From NCBI GenBank assembly GCA_965242725.1, contig CBDESZ010000001.1:32001-96000 (forward strand): a stretch of 64,000 nt of DNA, written 5' to 3'. The notes beneath the pieces were generated by a model. The model made no database searches. It had not been told where the DNA came from and saw only the letters and a program-made list of their open reading frames with translations. Below are positions 9,656 to 19,405 of this stretch, in pieces. The stretch comes from Alkalispirochaeta sp. (GTDB taxonomy: Bacteria; Spirochaetota; Spirochaetia; DSM-27196; Alkalispirochaetaceae). Made by a program: the position numbers and the translations under genes. Position 1 is the first letter of the stretch. Each line of letters starts with the position of its first letter.

Positions 9656-10642
9656 ATGAGTCAACGAGAAATCACCTACGCAGAAGCGATCAAGGAAGCG
9701 ATGAGCGAGGAAATGCGTCGTGATCCCGATGTATTTTTCATGGGCGAGGACATCGGAGTGTATGGCGGAGCCTTCGGTGTCTCGGTAGGTATGATCGAGG
9801 AATTCGGTGAAGATCGCGTCCGTGATACGCCGATCAGCGAAGCGGGCATTATCGGCGCCGCCGCCGGAGCCGCAGCGACGGGTAGTCGCCCCATTGCGGA
9901 AATACAGTTCAGCGATTTTATAAGCATCGGAATCGATCAGCTCGGCAACCAGGCGGCGAAGATGCGATATATGTTCGGCGGTCACGCGACGGTACCGATG
10001 GTAGTGCGAGCACCGGCCGGATCGGGAACGGGTGCGGCGGCACAGCATTCCCAGAGTCAGGAAGCGTGGTATTGCCATATACCGGGGTTGAAGGTGGTAA
10101 CACCCTCTACTCCCTACGATGCCAAGGGACTTCTGAAATCGGCGATTCGGGACGACAATCCCGTGGTCTTCCTGGAGCAGAAACTGCTCTATCGGAAAAA
10201 AGGACCCGTACCTGAGGAAGAATACACAATCCCGCTGAGCGTCGGTGATGTAAAACGGGAGGGTACGGATTTGACGATCGTCACCTGGGGACGCATGGTC
10301 CCGATGGTGCTTGAGGTCGCGGAAAAAATAGGATCCGAGAAAGGCTACTCAATCGAAGTAGTCGATCCCCGTACCCTCATGCCCCTTGATGCAAAAATTA
10401 TCATAGACTCCGTGAAAAAGACGGGTCGGGCCATGGTCGTACATGAAGCGGTCAAGACCGGCGGATATGGCGGAGAGATTGCGGCGATCATCGCCGACTC
10501 GGAAGCATTCTTCTATCTCGATGCCCCGATACGCAGGGTGGCGGGACTCGATGTACCCATTCCCTACAACCCGGAACTTGAACGGAACGCCGTACCAACG
10601 CATGCAATCATTGAGACCAACATCCTGGAACTACTGGATTAG
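9656..10642 (+). CDS. TPP-dependent dehydrogenase E1 beta subunit
   Basis: Motifs GEDIG.YGG, DTPISE, AAQHSQ and DPRTL.PLD. Confidence 0.93.
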   Translation: MSQREITYAEAIKEAMSEEMRRDPDVFFMGEDIGVYGGAFGVSVGMIEEFGEDRVRDTPISEAGIIGAAAGAAATGSRPIAEIQFSDFISIGIDQLGNQAAKMRYMFGGHATVPMVVRAPAGSGTGAAAQHSQSQEAWYCHIPGLKVVTPSTPYDAKGLLKSAIRDDNPVVFLEQKLLYRKKGPVPEEEYTIPLSVGDVKREGTDLTIVTWGRMVPMVLEVAEKIGSEKGYSIEVVDPRTLMPLDAKIIIDSVKKTGRAMVVHEAVKTGGYGGEIAAIIADSEAFFYLDAPIRRVAGLDVPIPYNPELERNAVPTHAIIETNILELLD

Positions 10643-10651
10643 GAGCAGCCC

Positions 10652-11989
10652 ATGGCAACGGAAATCATCATGCCCAAAGCCGGTATGGCAATGGAACGGG
10701 GAACGATAATCCAGTGGTTCAAAGCGCCGGGTGAATGGATTGAAGCGGGAGAGCCTCTCCTTGAAATTGAGACCGACAAAGTCGCCATGGAAGTCGAGGC
10801 CGAAGTCTCGGGTTATCTGCTGTCGACGCTCTATAACGAAGGCGACGAGGTAGAGGTCATTACCACCATCGGCTATCTCGGGGAAAAAGGGGAGGTCCCG
10901 CCGGCGGATGCGGATTCCGGAGAATCCGGTTCAGACGCCCCTCCATCATCGAAGGAGGTCTACCATGCGAAGGGCTCCGGCGGCGATTCCGCATCCCGCG
11001 TAAAGGCTACCCCGGCCGCCCGATCGCTTGCACGGGAAGCGGGGGTAGAACTCCCGTCGCTGAACGGCACAGGCAAATGGGGTGAAATACGACGCAGAGA
11101 CGTTGAAGCGGCCCGGTCACGTGAACCCGGTATGGCACGGCCGTCGGAAGATCGCATCTCCCCGCTGGCACGGACGCTGGCGGAACAACACAACATAGAC
11201 ACCGCCGCTCTCTCCGGCAGTGGTCCCGCAGGCCGTATCGTCAAGCAGGACGTCCTGTCCGCGATAACACGGAGAGATGAAGCGAAGGCTGCCGCCCCGG
11301 AAGGCGGTCGTCCCGACATCTCCCGACCTCTCACCGCCATGAGGAGAAGGATATCCCGGCGCATGACGGAGAGCCACCACACCGTTCCGCCGGTGACGCT
11401 GCACAAGAAAATCGACGTGACGTCTCTGTTGGCATTGCGGCAACGGGTCAACGCGGAACTTGATGAAGCGATATCTCTCACCTCGTATTTCGTACGTGCC
11501 GTCGCTCTTGCACTGGTAGAAGCCCCGTATATGCGTACCGCACTCGATGAAAACGGGCTTGTAGAACGAGGAAACATCGATATCGGTGTCGCCGTCGCTC
11601 TGAAAGAAGGACTGATCGTCCCCGTTCTGCGTACGGTCGATACCCTTTCAGTAAAGGAAATTCATCATCGTTCAAAGGACCTCTTCGGACGAGCCCGGGA
11701 GGGAAGACTCAATCCTGATGAACTGAACGGCGCCGTCTTTTCCATTACAAACCTGGGCATGTACGGTATTTCATCTTTCACACCCATCATCAACCCGCCG
11801 GAAACGGCGATTCTCGGCATCAACAGCGCGGAGGATGAACTCTTCCTCCAGGACGGAGAGGTCCGTTCACGCAAGGTGCTGACCCTCAGCCTCACCATCG
11901 ATCATCGGGTCATCGACGGTGCCCAGGGTGCGATGTTTCTGCAGGAACTTGAGACGCTGTTCAACCGACCGATGCGATTGCTTGTATGA
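10652..11989 (+). CDS. Dihydrolipoamide acyltransferase E2 (one lipoyl domain, two subunit-binding domains)
   Basis: Lipoyl ETDKV; two PSBD repeats (ATPAARSLA.. and ISPLARTLA..); catalytic DHRVIDG. Confidence 0.93.
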   Translation: MATEIIMPKAGMAMERGTIIQWFKAPGEWIEAGEPLLEIETDKVAMEVEAEVSGYLLSTLYNEGDEVEVITTIGYLGEKGEVPPADADSGESGSDAPPSSKEVYHAKGSGGDSASRVKATPAARSLAREAGVELPSLNGTGKWGEIRRRDVEAARSREPGMARPSEDRISPLARTLAEQHNIDTAALSGSGPAGRIVKQDVLSAITRRDEAKAAAPEGGRPDISRPLTAMRRRISRRMTESHHTVPPVTLHKKIDVTSLLALRQRVNAELDEAISLTSYFVRAVALALVEAPYMRTALDENGLVERGNIDIGVAVALKEGLIVPVLRTVDTLSVKEIHHRSKDLFGRAREGRLNPDELNGAVFSITNLGMYGISSFTPIINPPETAILGINSAEDELFLQDGEVRSRKVLTLSLTIDHRVIDGAQGAMFLQELETLFNRPMRLLV

Positions 11990-12019
11990 TCGCATGAACA
12001 CAACTCATTTGGAGGACAC

Positions 12020-12853
12020 GTGGACCTGACACAAAACGCGATGGGGATTTACGAGAAAGCACTTCCGCCTTTCTCCCGATGGGAAGAAGCGCTGGAGTGC
12101 ACCCGCCGCTGCGGCTACGATTTCCTTGAACTTTCTATCGATGAATCGGAAGCACGACTCGACCGACTCCACTGGAATGAGCGGGAACGGAACAACCTGA
12201 AACGGGCGATACTCGACACAGGCGTGCCCGTCCGTCACCTTTGCCTCAGTGGACATCGTCGGTTTCCCTTCGCCTCGGAGGATTCATCCGTGCGGAACCG
12301 CGCATGGGATATGATGAAGCGGGGTATCGATCTGGCGGCGGAAATCGGCGTTCGGGTCATTCAGACTCAGGGGCACGACGTCTACTATGAAACCAGCACG
12401 GCCGCGACGTGGCAACGGTATCTCGACGCCCTCGTGGACGCATCGGAACTCGCCCGGAGTGCTTCGGTCATGCTGGCACTTGAAAATGCCGACGTTGCCA
12501 GCGTCGGTTCGCCGGACCAGGCCAGGGCAATTGTCGAACACGTCGGAAATCCCTGGTTCCAGATGTATCCCGACATCGGGAACACCGTTGCCCACGGATA
12601 TCGCGTCGCCGATGAGCTCGCCTTATCCCTCCGCCACATCGTAGCGGTCCATGTCAAGGATGCCCGTCCCGGCGAGTTCAGGCGGGTGCCGTTCGGCGAG
12701 GGAATTGTCCCGTTTGAAGAGGCGTTTCATGCCCTCGCGGAGCATCACTATCGCGGTCCATTTGTCATTGAGATGTGGAACGAGGAAAGCCCCGATCCGG
12801 AAGCGGTCATCAGGGATGCCCGCGACTGGGTTCTCCGGCGGATGGCGGGATGA
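12020..12853 (+). CDS. ulaE: L-ribulose-5-phosphate 3-epimerase-like protein (UlaE/SgbU family)
   Basis: Motifs GIYEKALP, ELSIDES..RL.RL.W, CLSGHRRFP, GHDVYYE, YPDIGN and HVKD. Confidence 0.85.
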   Translation: MDLTQNAMGIYEKALPPFSRWEEALECTRRCGYDFLELSIDESEARLDRLHWNERERNNLKRAILDTGVPVRHLCLSGHRRFPFASEDSSVRNRAWDMMKRGIDLAAEIGVRVIQTQGHDVYYETSTAATWQRYLDALVDASELARSASVMLALENADVASVGSPDQARAIVEHVGNPWFQMYPDIGNTVAHGYRVADELALSLRHIVAVHVKDARPGEFRRVPFGEGIVPFEEAFHALAEHHYRGPFVIEMWNEESPDPEAVIRDARDWVLRRMAG

Positions 12854-12901
12854 CGGGCCACAGCGACGGCCGGTATGTACCGACCGATCAACACCGTCGG
12901 T

Positions 12902-13711
12902 TCAGCTCCCCCGGGCCTCCCGGACTGCTCCCATAAATGCCTTGACCCGCTCAGGATCTACTTCGTTCCAGATGTATCCATCCCTCTTTAATGCCGTTCC
13001 GACAATGGCACCATCGGCAACCGACAGCTGTTCCGCGACGTTTGAAATTCTCACTCCCGTGTTGGCAAACACCGCCGTATCAGGAACGGCATCTTTCACG
13101 ATACGAAGCTGCTCCGCCGACGTTTCCGCTCCGGCGGTCAGTCCCGATACGCACAGGCCGTCAGGCTCCGCGTTGAAGACTGTTGACTTCGCAATGTCCC
13201 GCAACGAGCGGTTTCCGATGTACGCTGCCGCCTCGGGGACGATATTGAAGAGGAGTCGGACATGTTCTCCCGATATCGCCGCACGATGCCGAACGACCTC
13301 ACCGCAATTTGTATTCCACATGCCGAAATCACTGCCATACACGCCGGTGAAAATCTCCCGGACAAATCCCGCTCCCGTTGCAACCGCCAGATCGATACTT
13401 GCCGCGGGATCCCAGAGAACATTCACACCGAAGGGGATGTCTATTTCGCCCTTCAGCTCACCGATCACCCGCGCCATTGCCGCGGTGGTAATCGTCTCTA
13501 CCTTTGTCAGATAGGGCAAACTTGACTCGTTGGAAAGCATAATAGCATCCACACCGCCCTTTTGCAGTCCTTCCAGTTCCCTTTTCACAAAATCGACAAC
13601 TCCCTGCATACCCTTTGCCCGATCATACTTCGGGTCTCCCGGTAATGCGGGCATATGGCACATAGCGATCACCGGTTTACGTGTACCCAACTCATTCTGC
13701 AACCACTGCAT
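12902..13711 (-). CDS. BtpA/SgcQ family protein (TIM barrel, function unknown)
   Basis: Motifs KPVIAMCH..ALPGDP, SNESSLPY, PFGVNVLWD, FVREIFTG and ADGAIVGT. Confidence 0.9.
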   Translation of the reverse strand: MQWLQNELGTRKPVIAMCHMPALPGDPKYDRAKGMQGVVDFVKRELEGLQKGGVDAIMLSNESSLPYLTKVETITTAAMARVIGELKGEIDIPFGVNVLWDPAASIDLAVATGAGFVREIFTGVYGSDFGMWNTNCGEVVRHRAAISGEHVRLLFNIVPEAAAYIGNRSLRDIAKSTVFNAEPDGLCVSGLTAGAETSAEQLRIVKDAVPDTAVFANTGVRISNVAEQLSVADGAIVGTALKRDGYIWNEVDPERVKAFMGAVREARGS

Positions 13712-13715
13712 TCAG

Positions 13716-14507
13716 TTACTCCTTTATGCCGTCGCCTCTGCCGGCAACGATGACTTCTATTCCCTGCTCCTCGAGCTGCTTTCCAAATTCATGCCCCGGG
13801 ACCTTGTCCGTCACGAGCACATCTATCTCATTGAGCGCCGCCACACTGCACAGGGCGGTCTTATCGAACTTCGTGGAGTCGACGAGGACTATAACCTGAC
13901 CGGCGGACGCTATCATCGCCCTCTTGACCGCGGCGTCCTCGATATTGTACTCGGTAAGTCCCGTCGTCGTGGAAAATCCCGCAACCGAGAGAAAAAGCTT
14001 ATCCACGTGAAACTGGCGAAATGCCGCAATCGCAAGATCACCGGTCAGAGAAAACTCACCGGGCCGTATGACACCTCCGCTTACCACGACCAAATATGAC
14101 GGGTTTTCGCTCAGCTCCCTGCCGATTGTCATACTGGGAGTTACGACGATGAGATTCAGGTCGACGGCATCCCGCAGCGCCTCGGCGAGATACATCATTG
14201 TTGTACCGACATCGATTGCCACCGAATCACCGGGTCGGATAAGAGACAGCGCCGCCGCGGCTATTTCACGCTTTTCCTCAACCTGTTCTGAATAGCGGGT
14301 CGCGACCGTCGGTTCGAAGCTGCGTTGCGCCTTTCGGATCGCACCTCCGTATATGCGCCGGGCGTAGCCCAACCGTTCAAGTTCCGCCAGGTCCCGGCGA
14401 ACGGTCATTCCGGAGACACCGATTTCCGAAGCCAGTTCCCCGACGGACACGGTGTGCTCTTCCGCAAGTCGACGGGCGATAATTGACCGACGTTTCTGAA
14501 CGTCCAT
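13716..14507 (-). CDS. DeoR/GlpR family transcriptional regulator
   Basis: Motifs VSGMTVRRDL, IYGGA, IDVGTT and LVDSTKF. Confidence 0.93.
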   Translation of the reverse strand: MDVQKRRSIIARRLAEEHTVSVGELASEIGVSGMTVRRDLAELERLGYARRIYGGAIRKAQRSFEPTVATRYSEQVEEKREIAAAALSLIRPGDSVAIDVGTTMMYLAEALRDAVDLNLIVVTPSMTIGRELSENPSYLVVVSGGVIRPGEFSLTGDLAIAAFRQFHVDKLFLSVAGFSTTTGLTEYNIEDAAVKRAMIASAGQVIVLVDSTKFDKTALCSVAALNEIDVLVTDKVPGHEFGKQLEEQGIEVIVAGRGDGIKE

Positions 14508-14510
14508 TGC

Positions 14511-14582
14511 TGTTCAATCTACCGTCAATAATGTTCAATTGCAACACCTTTCGTTGACGCCTACCCCCCCCCGTGGTACAGT
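14511..14582. promoter_or_regulatory. Divergent promoters with C9 tract in the + strand spacer; TGTTCAAT repeats
   Basis: + strand: TTGACG (14554-14559), 17 bp containing C9, TACAGT (14577-14582) preceded by TGG. - strand: TTGCAA, 17 bp, TAGATT (14521-14516). TGTTCAAT occurs at 14511 and 14532. Confidence 0.65.
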
Positions 14583-14589
14583 TTTCGGA

Positions 14590-16161
14590 GTGGCACATAC
14601 ACATTCAGATCGACGATTCACCCTCGGAATAGACGTGGGAACGTATTCGTCTAAGGGCGTCCTCACCGGAGACGACGGTACCGTGCTTGTGGAAGCCCAC
14701 ACACCCCATGAAATGACAATTCCCCGTCCCGGCTACGCCGAGCACGATGCCGACGACGTGTGGTGGCGGGATTTCCAGATATTGAGCCGACGCATTCTGG
14801 AGCAGGCAGCCGCGGATCACGCCATAAGACCCGATCAGATAGCCGCGATAGGCGTCAGCGGAATCGGTCCCTGTGTCCTTCCCGTCGACATTGAAGGGAA
14901 ACCGCTCCGTCCCGCCATACTCTACGGTGTTGACGGACGGGCTCAGCGGCAGATCGATGACCTGAATGCCCGAATAGGTGCGGAGAAAATCAGACTGGAA
15001 GCGGGGTCCGATCTTTCGTCCCAATCCGCGGGACCGAAAATTCTGTGGATCCGGGAACATGAACCGGAGATTTGGAAACGGACGTGGAAGATAATGACCT
15101 CCACAACCTATCTCGTTTACCGTCTCACCGGCGCGGCCGTCATTGACCACTACACCGCCGCATTTTATGGCCCCCTTTACGATATCCGGCGTCAACGATG
15201 GTCGGATGGGATGGGTGACCTGATCTGTCCGACGACGATGCTGCCCGAATTGCGGTGGACCGCGACGGTGGCGGGCACCGTCACTTCCGAGGCCGCCGCC
15301 CTGACGGGTTTGGCGCCGGGTACACCGGTGATTACCGGTACCGCCGACGCCGGCAGCGAGGCAATCAGCGCCGGCGTCGTCTCTCCCGGCCAAACGATGC
15401 TCATGTACGGGAGCTCCATGTTCATCATTTCCGTCAGAGACAAGCTCGAAAGCGGCGGCATTTTCTGGCCCGCGCCGTTCCTCTTCCCGGGAACTTTTGC
15501 CCTTGCCGCGGCAATGTCCACCGCCGGCTCCCTGACTACCTGGTTTCGGGATACCCTGGGCGAATCGGAGCGAAAAGGGGAAGCGGATAGGGGAACTTCC
15601 GCATATGAGGCGCTGGCCGATGAGGCGGCACGGGTTCCTGCAGGGTCCGACGGCGTCCTTGCGCTACCCTACTTTTCCGGAGAGCGGACACCCATAAATG
15701 ATCCCGATGCGAGAGGGGCATTTGTGGGCCTCAATCTGCGTACCACAAAAGCACATCTCTACCGGGCCCTTCTGGAAAGCGTGGGGTATGGGATACGGCA
15801 TAACCTCGAGGCCATGGCCGAATCGGGGCTGGGTGTCGGCGAGTTGACCGCTGTCGGTGGAGGAACGAAAAACCGCACATGGATACGCATCGTCAACGAT
15901 ATCCTCGGGCGTCCTCAGATCGTCCGGGCGACCATCGGTGCCGCCTTCGGTGATGCCGTTCTTGCCGCCATCGGGGTGGGCGTCCTTCCCGGCCCGGAAG
16001 CGATCGAGGATTGGTTGGCTCCTGCGGAAACAACGGACTACGATGAACGGGCAACACCCGTCTATGACGAGTATTTTCGCTTGTACAAGGATCTCTACAC
16101 CCAAACCGTCGACGTAATTCACGGTCTGGGAAAACTGACGACGGAAGGTGGAAACCAATGA
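14590..16161 (+). CDS. FGGY family carbohydrate kinase (xylulokinase-like)
   Basis: Motifs LGIDVGT, GPKILWIREHEPE, GTADA, LPYFSGERTP and GGG.KN..W. Start placed at GTG 14590. Confidence 0.9.
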   Translation: MAHTHSDRRFTLGIDVGTYSSKGVLTGDDGTVLVEAHTPHEMTIPRPGYAEHDADDVWWRDFQILSRRILEQAAADHAIRPDQIAAIGVSGIGPCVLPVDIEGKPLRPAILYGVDGRAQRQIDDLNARIGAEKIRLEAGSDLSSQSAGPKILWIREHEPEIWKRTWKIMTSTTYLVYRLTGAAVIDHYTAAFYGPLYDIRRQRWSDGMGDLICPTTMLPELRWTATVAGTVTSEAAALTGLAPGTPVITGTADAGSEAISAGVVSPGQTMLMYGSSMFIISVRDKLESGGIFWPAPFLFPGTFALAAAMSTAGSLTTWFRDTLGESERKGEADRGTSAYEALADEAARVPAGSDGVLALPYFSGERTPINDPDARGAFVGLNLRTTKAHLYRALLESVGYGIRHNLEAMAESGLGVGELTAVGGGTKNRTWIRIVNDILGRPQIVRATIGAAFGDAVLAAIGVGVLPGPEAIEDWLAPAETTDYDERATPVYDEYFRLYKDLYTQTVDVIHGLGKLTTEGGNQ

Positions 16162-17273
16162 CCTTCGGCATGGGTAACCCGAAATGGTACGACGTTGCCC
16201 GGGTGCTGGTTGACTACGCCACCGGCGTTCAACCAGACGACAAAGTCCTCATTATCATGAGGGAACCCGACACATTTCCCGCGGTCAGAGCGGTCCATCG
16301 ACGTGCCGTGGAAAAGGGGGCACACGTGCAGACCCTCTTTTACTCGATTCTTCTCCAGCGGGATCTTCTCAGAAACGGAACCGACCTCCAGGTATCGGCT
16401 GTTCCGGAACTCTGGCGGGAAGCAATGCACTGGGCCGACGTGTGCATCGATCTGCGGGGAGCCCGGAACCTCTCCGAGTTTGCCGATATCCCCAGTGCCC
16501 GCGTCGCGGCGATGCGGAAAGCGGAGGGCGTCATATCGTCACTCAGGACGTCCCGGACACGCTGGACTCTTCTGCGCATACCCAACGAATCCTTCGCGCA
16601 GCAGGCGGGTATGAGCAGCGACGGGATTGAGGAACTCCTCTTTCGGGCGGTCCTCCAGGACTGGGAGTCCGAATCGGCGACGTACCGGCGGATGAGGGAC
16701 AGGTTTACAGGAACGAAAGATGTACACATAGTCGGGACCGATACGGACCTCCGTTTTTCGACGGAAAACCGAAACTATATTGTCGACGACGGTCACATTA
16801 ATATGCCCGGGGGCGAGGTGTTTACCTCACCCGTCGAGGATTCTGTGAATGGTGAAATCTTTTTCGAACATCCCGGTGTCTTCGCGGGAACGCTGATGGA
16901 GGATATCCGACTGCGCTTTCGGGACGGGATTGTTGTCGACGCATCCGCCGGCACGAATGAAACATTTCTGCACCAGCTCCTGGATATGGACTCAGGTTCC
17001 CGACGGGTCGGCGAGTTCGGCATCGGCACAAACCGGGAGATCACCACGTTTTGCAACGATATTCTCATTGACGAGAAGATCCTGGGAACCGTCCATATCG
17101 CACTCGGACGCTCCTATGCGGAATGCGGCGGCGCCAACCAGTCCGCCCTCCACTGGGATATTGTCAAGGATCTCCGCCAGAACGGTGAAATTACTATGGA
17201 TGGGGTACCGCTCTTCCGCGACGGGAGGTGGCAACTCTTTGATGGCGAAACGTCGCATAGACCGGTAGAATAG
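16158..17273 (+). CDS. Aminopeptidase, M29 (AmpS/AmpT) family
   Basis: Motifs NMPGGEVF, GEFGIGTN, DEKILGTVHIALG and NQSALHWD. Overlaps the upstream stop (ATGA). Confidence 0.92.
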   Translation: MTFGMGNPKWYDVARVLVDYATGVQPDDKVLIIMREPDTFPAVRAVHRRAVEKGAHVQTLFYSILLQRDLLRNGTDLQVSAVPELWREAMHWADVCIDLRGARNLSEFADIPSARVAAMRKAEGVISSLRTSRTRWTLLRIPNESFAQQAGMSSDGIEELLFRAVLQDWESESATYRRMRDRFTGTKDVHIVGTDTDLRFSTENRNYIVDDGHINMPGGEVFTSPVEDSVNGEIFFEHPGVFAGTLMEDIRLRFRDGIVVDASAGTNETFLHQLLDMDSGSRRVGEFGIGTNREITTFCNDILIDEKILGTVHIALGRSYAECGGANQSALHWDIVKDLRQNGEITMDGVPLFRDGRWQLFDGETSHRPVE

Positions 17274-17301
17274 AGCATCGCGTTCACTGGAGGAGGTATA
17301 C

Positions 17302-18851
17302 ATGGGGAACTACGTATTGGGCATCGACGCCGGGACCGAAAGTTTTCGGGCAGGTGTATACGACGCTTCCGGTTCCTGCCTTGGCTTCGGTATCAGTCCA
17401 AACGAGAACATTCACCGACACCCCGGATGGGGCGAGCAGAACATTGCAAAGTGGGATATCGCCATGGTGGAGGCTATTCGCAGCGCGATTCACAACTCCG
17501 GTGTACGACCGGAGGAAATTGCCGGGATCGGTCTGGACGGAACCAGCTGTACCGTCGTCTTTCTGGACAAAAACGGCAGTCCCCTCCGCGACGCGATCAT
17601 GTGGATGGATATCCGGGCGGCCAGAGAGGCCGAGGAAATTGCCGCCTGCGGTGATGATGCCCTTGACTATATCGGTCACGCCAATCTCTCGGCGGAGTGG
17701 TTCCCCGGCAAGGTTCTTTGGACAAAACGACATGAACGCGAGGTCTATGAAAAGGCCGCGACGATCTTTGAACAGACGGACTGGCTGGTCTATCGCCTTA
17801 CCGGTGAGATCACGGGAAACATTAACACCACAACCATCCGTTGGTTTTACAACAACAGAAAGGGCGGATTTCCCGTTTCGCTCTATAAAAAAATCGGACT
17901 CGAAGATGTATTTGACAAACTTCCGGACAGGATTGTCCAGATAGGTGAGGAGGCGGGACGATTAAGCAGGGAAATGTCTGAAAAGACCGGTCTTCCCGAA
18001 GGCATTCCCGTTGCCGGAGAGGTGCCGACGCCTTTATCGGTGTCATCGGCGTCAATGCGCTCAAGCCGGGGCAGCTTGCCCTGATTACCGGCTCGTCACA
18101 GCTGCACATCGGCGTATCACCGGTCGAGCTCCATACCAAAGGTCTCTTCGGCAGCTATCCTGACGCCATCCTTCCGGGGCTCGAAATTGTGGAAGCGGGA
18201 CAGATATCGACAGGCAGTGTCCTGAAATGGTTTATCACCAACTTTCTCAACAGCGCACTGGAAAGGGAAGCACGGGAATCAAACCGTTCCGTATACGATG
18301 TTCTCAATGAGCGGGCGGCGAAACTCACGCCGGGCAGCGACGGACTGGTCGTGCTTGAACACTGGCAGGGGAACCGCACTCCCTGGGTTGATGCCAACAG
18401 TCGCGGCGTAATTCGGGGACTCACGCTCAGCCACACACCGGTTCACATCTACCGGGCGATTATGGAGTCCGTTGCGTACGGTACGGCGGTGATTATTCGG
18501 CAAATGGACAAGGCCCGTTTCCTTGTCGATGAGATCATTGCCTGTGGCGGCGCGACGGAAAGCGATCTGTGGATGCAGATTCACGCCGACGTGACGGGAA
18601 AACCGATCACAATACCCAGGGAGCAGCAGGCAGTGAGCCTGGGTAGCGCGATTACCGCGACGGTTGTCGCCGATATGTATGGCTCCATTCGCGAAGCTGC
18701 CGACCACATGGTAGCGATAGAAAAACGGATAGAACCGATCCCGGCCAACGCGGCTCGATATCGCGAATATGTCGATCAATACGAAGCGACCTATCACGCA
18801 CTGAAAGACCATTCCCGACGACTCGTCGAAACAGTATCAAACGAAAGTTGA
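17302..18851 (+). pseudogene. FGGY family (ribulokinase-like) kinase with single-base frameshift near 18019
   Basis: The first frame reads GIPVAG and then loses similarity. Another frame continues GADAFIGVIG..LITGSS into the 18189..18851 ORF (HWQGNRTP, CGGAT...W.QIHADVTG). Confidence 0.85.
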
Positions 18852-18859
18852 GGTATACT

Positions 18860-19363
18860 ATGGATGAAAAAAGAGTAAACGTTCAGGAAGCCCGGACAGA
18901 TGCAATCTCACCGTATGGGGAAGTGGCTGAAATTGAAGGCCGGACCCCCGCCTTCGATTCCGATGTGTTCTCCTTCTGGAACGACCTATCCGTCGGTGAC
19001 ATCAGTGCGGGAGAGGTTTCCTTCGGTATGGTTTGGACAAAACCGGGGAGTCTTTCCGCTCCGATGCTGGAACGGCATATGAAGACCACCGAAACGATCG
19101 TGCCCCTGGATGAAGATATCGTCCTCGTACTGGCGGAACCCTCCGACGGAGAAACGCCCGACCTGAATACCCTTAACGCGTTCCGCATCCGGAAAGGAAC
19201 CGCGATCACACTGAAAAAGGGGACGTGGCACTATGTGCCGTTGATTCCGGCACAGAAGGAAGGAAGAACACTTATCGTCTTTCGTCGGGGAACACCGGAC
19301 GATGACCTGCAGGTACACGAGGTCCTGGAAAAGGACAACGTGAAAATAAACGTCATCACGTAA
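18860..19363 (+). CDS. Ureidoglycolate lyase (AllA)-like cupin protein
   Basis: LERH...E and GTWH metal-ligand motifs; ~167 aa. Confidence 0.75.
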   Translation: MDEKRVNVQEARTDAISPYGEVAEIEGRTPAFDSDVFSFWNDLSVGDISAGEVSFGMVWTKPGSLSAPMLERHMKTTETIVPLDEDIVLVLAEPSDGETPDLNTLNAFRIRKGTAITLKKGTWHYVPLIPAQKEGRTLIVFRRGTPDDDLQVHEVLEKDNVKINVIT

Positions 19364-19401
19364 AAAAAAGCGGCAACCTCTAGGGTTTGCCGCTTTTTTT
19401 T
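19362..19401. terminator. Bidirectional intrinsic terminator
   Basis: A8-GCGGCAA-loop-TTGCCGC-T8 between convergent operons. Confidence 0.9.
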
Positions 19402-19405
19402 GGCT

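Noticed and set aside
8661..11989. Housekeeping pyruvate dehydrogenase pdhABC or a classical acoABC call
   Set aside because: No E3, and the context is a sugar-regulated operon with an epimerase. Substrate cannot be assigned, so no gene symbols are given.
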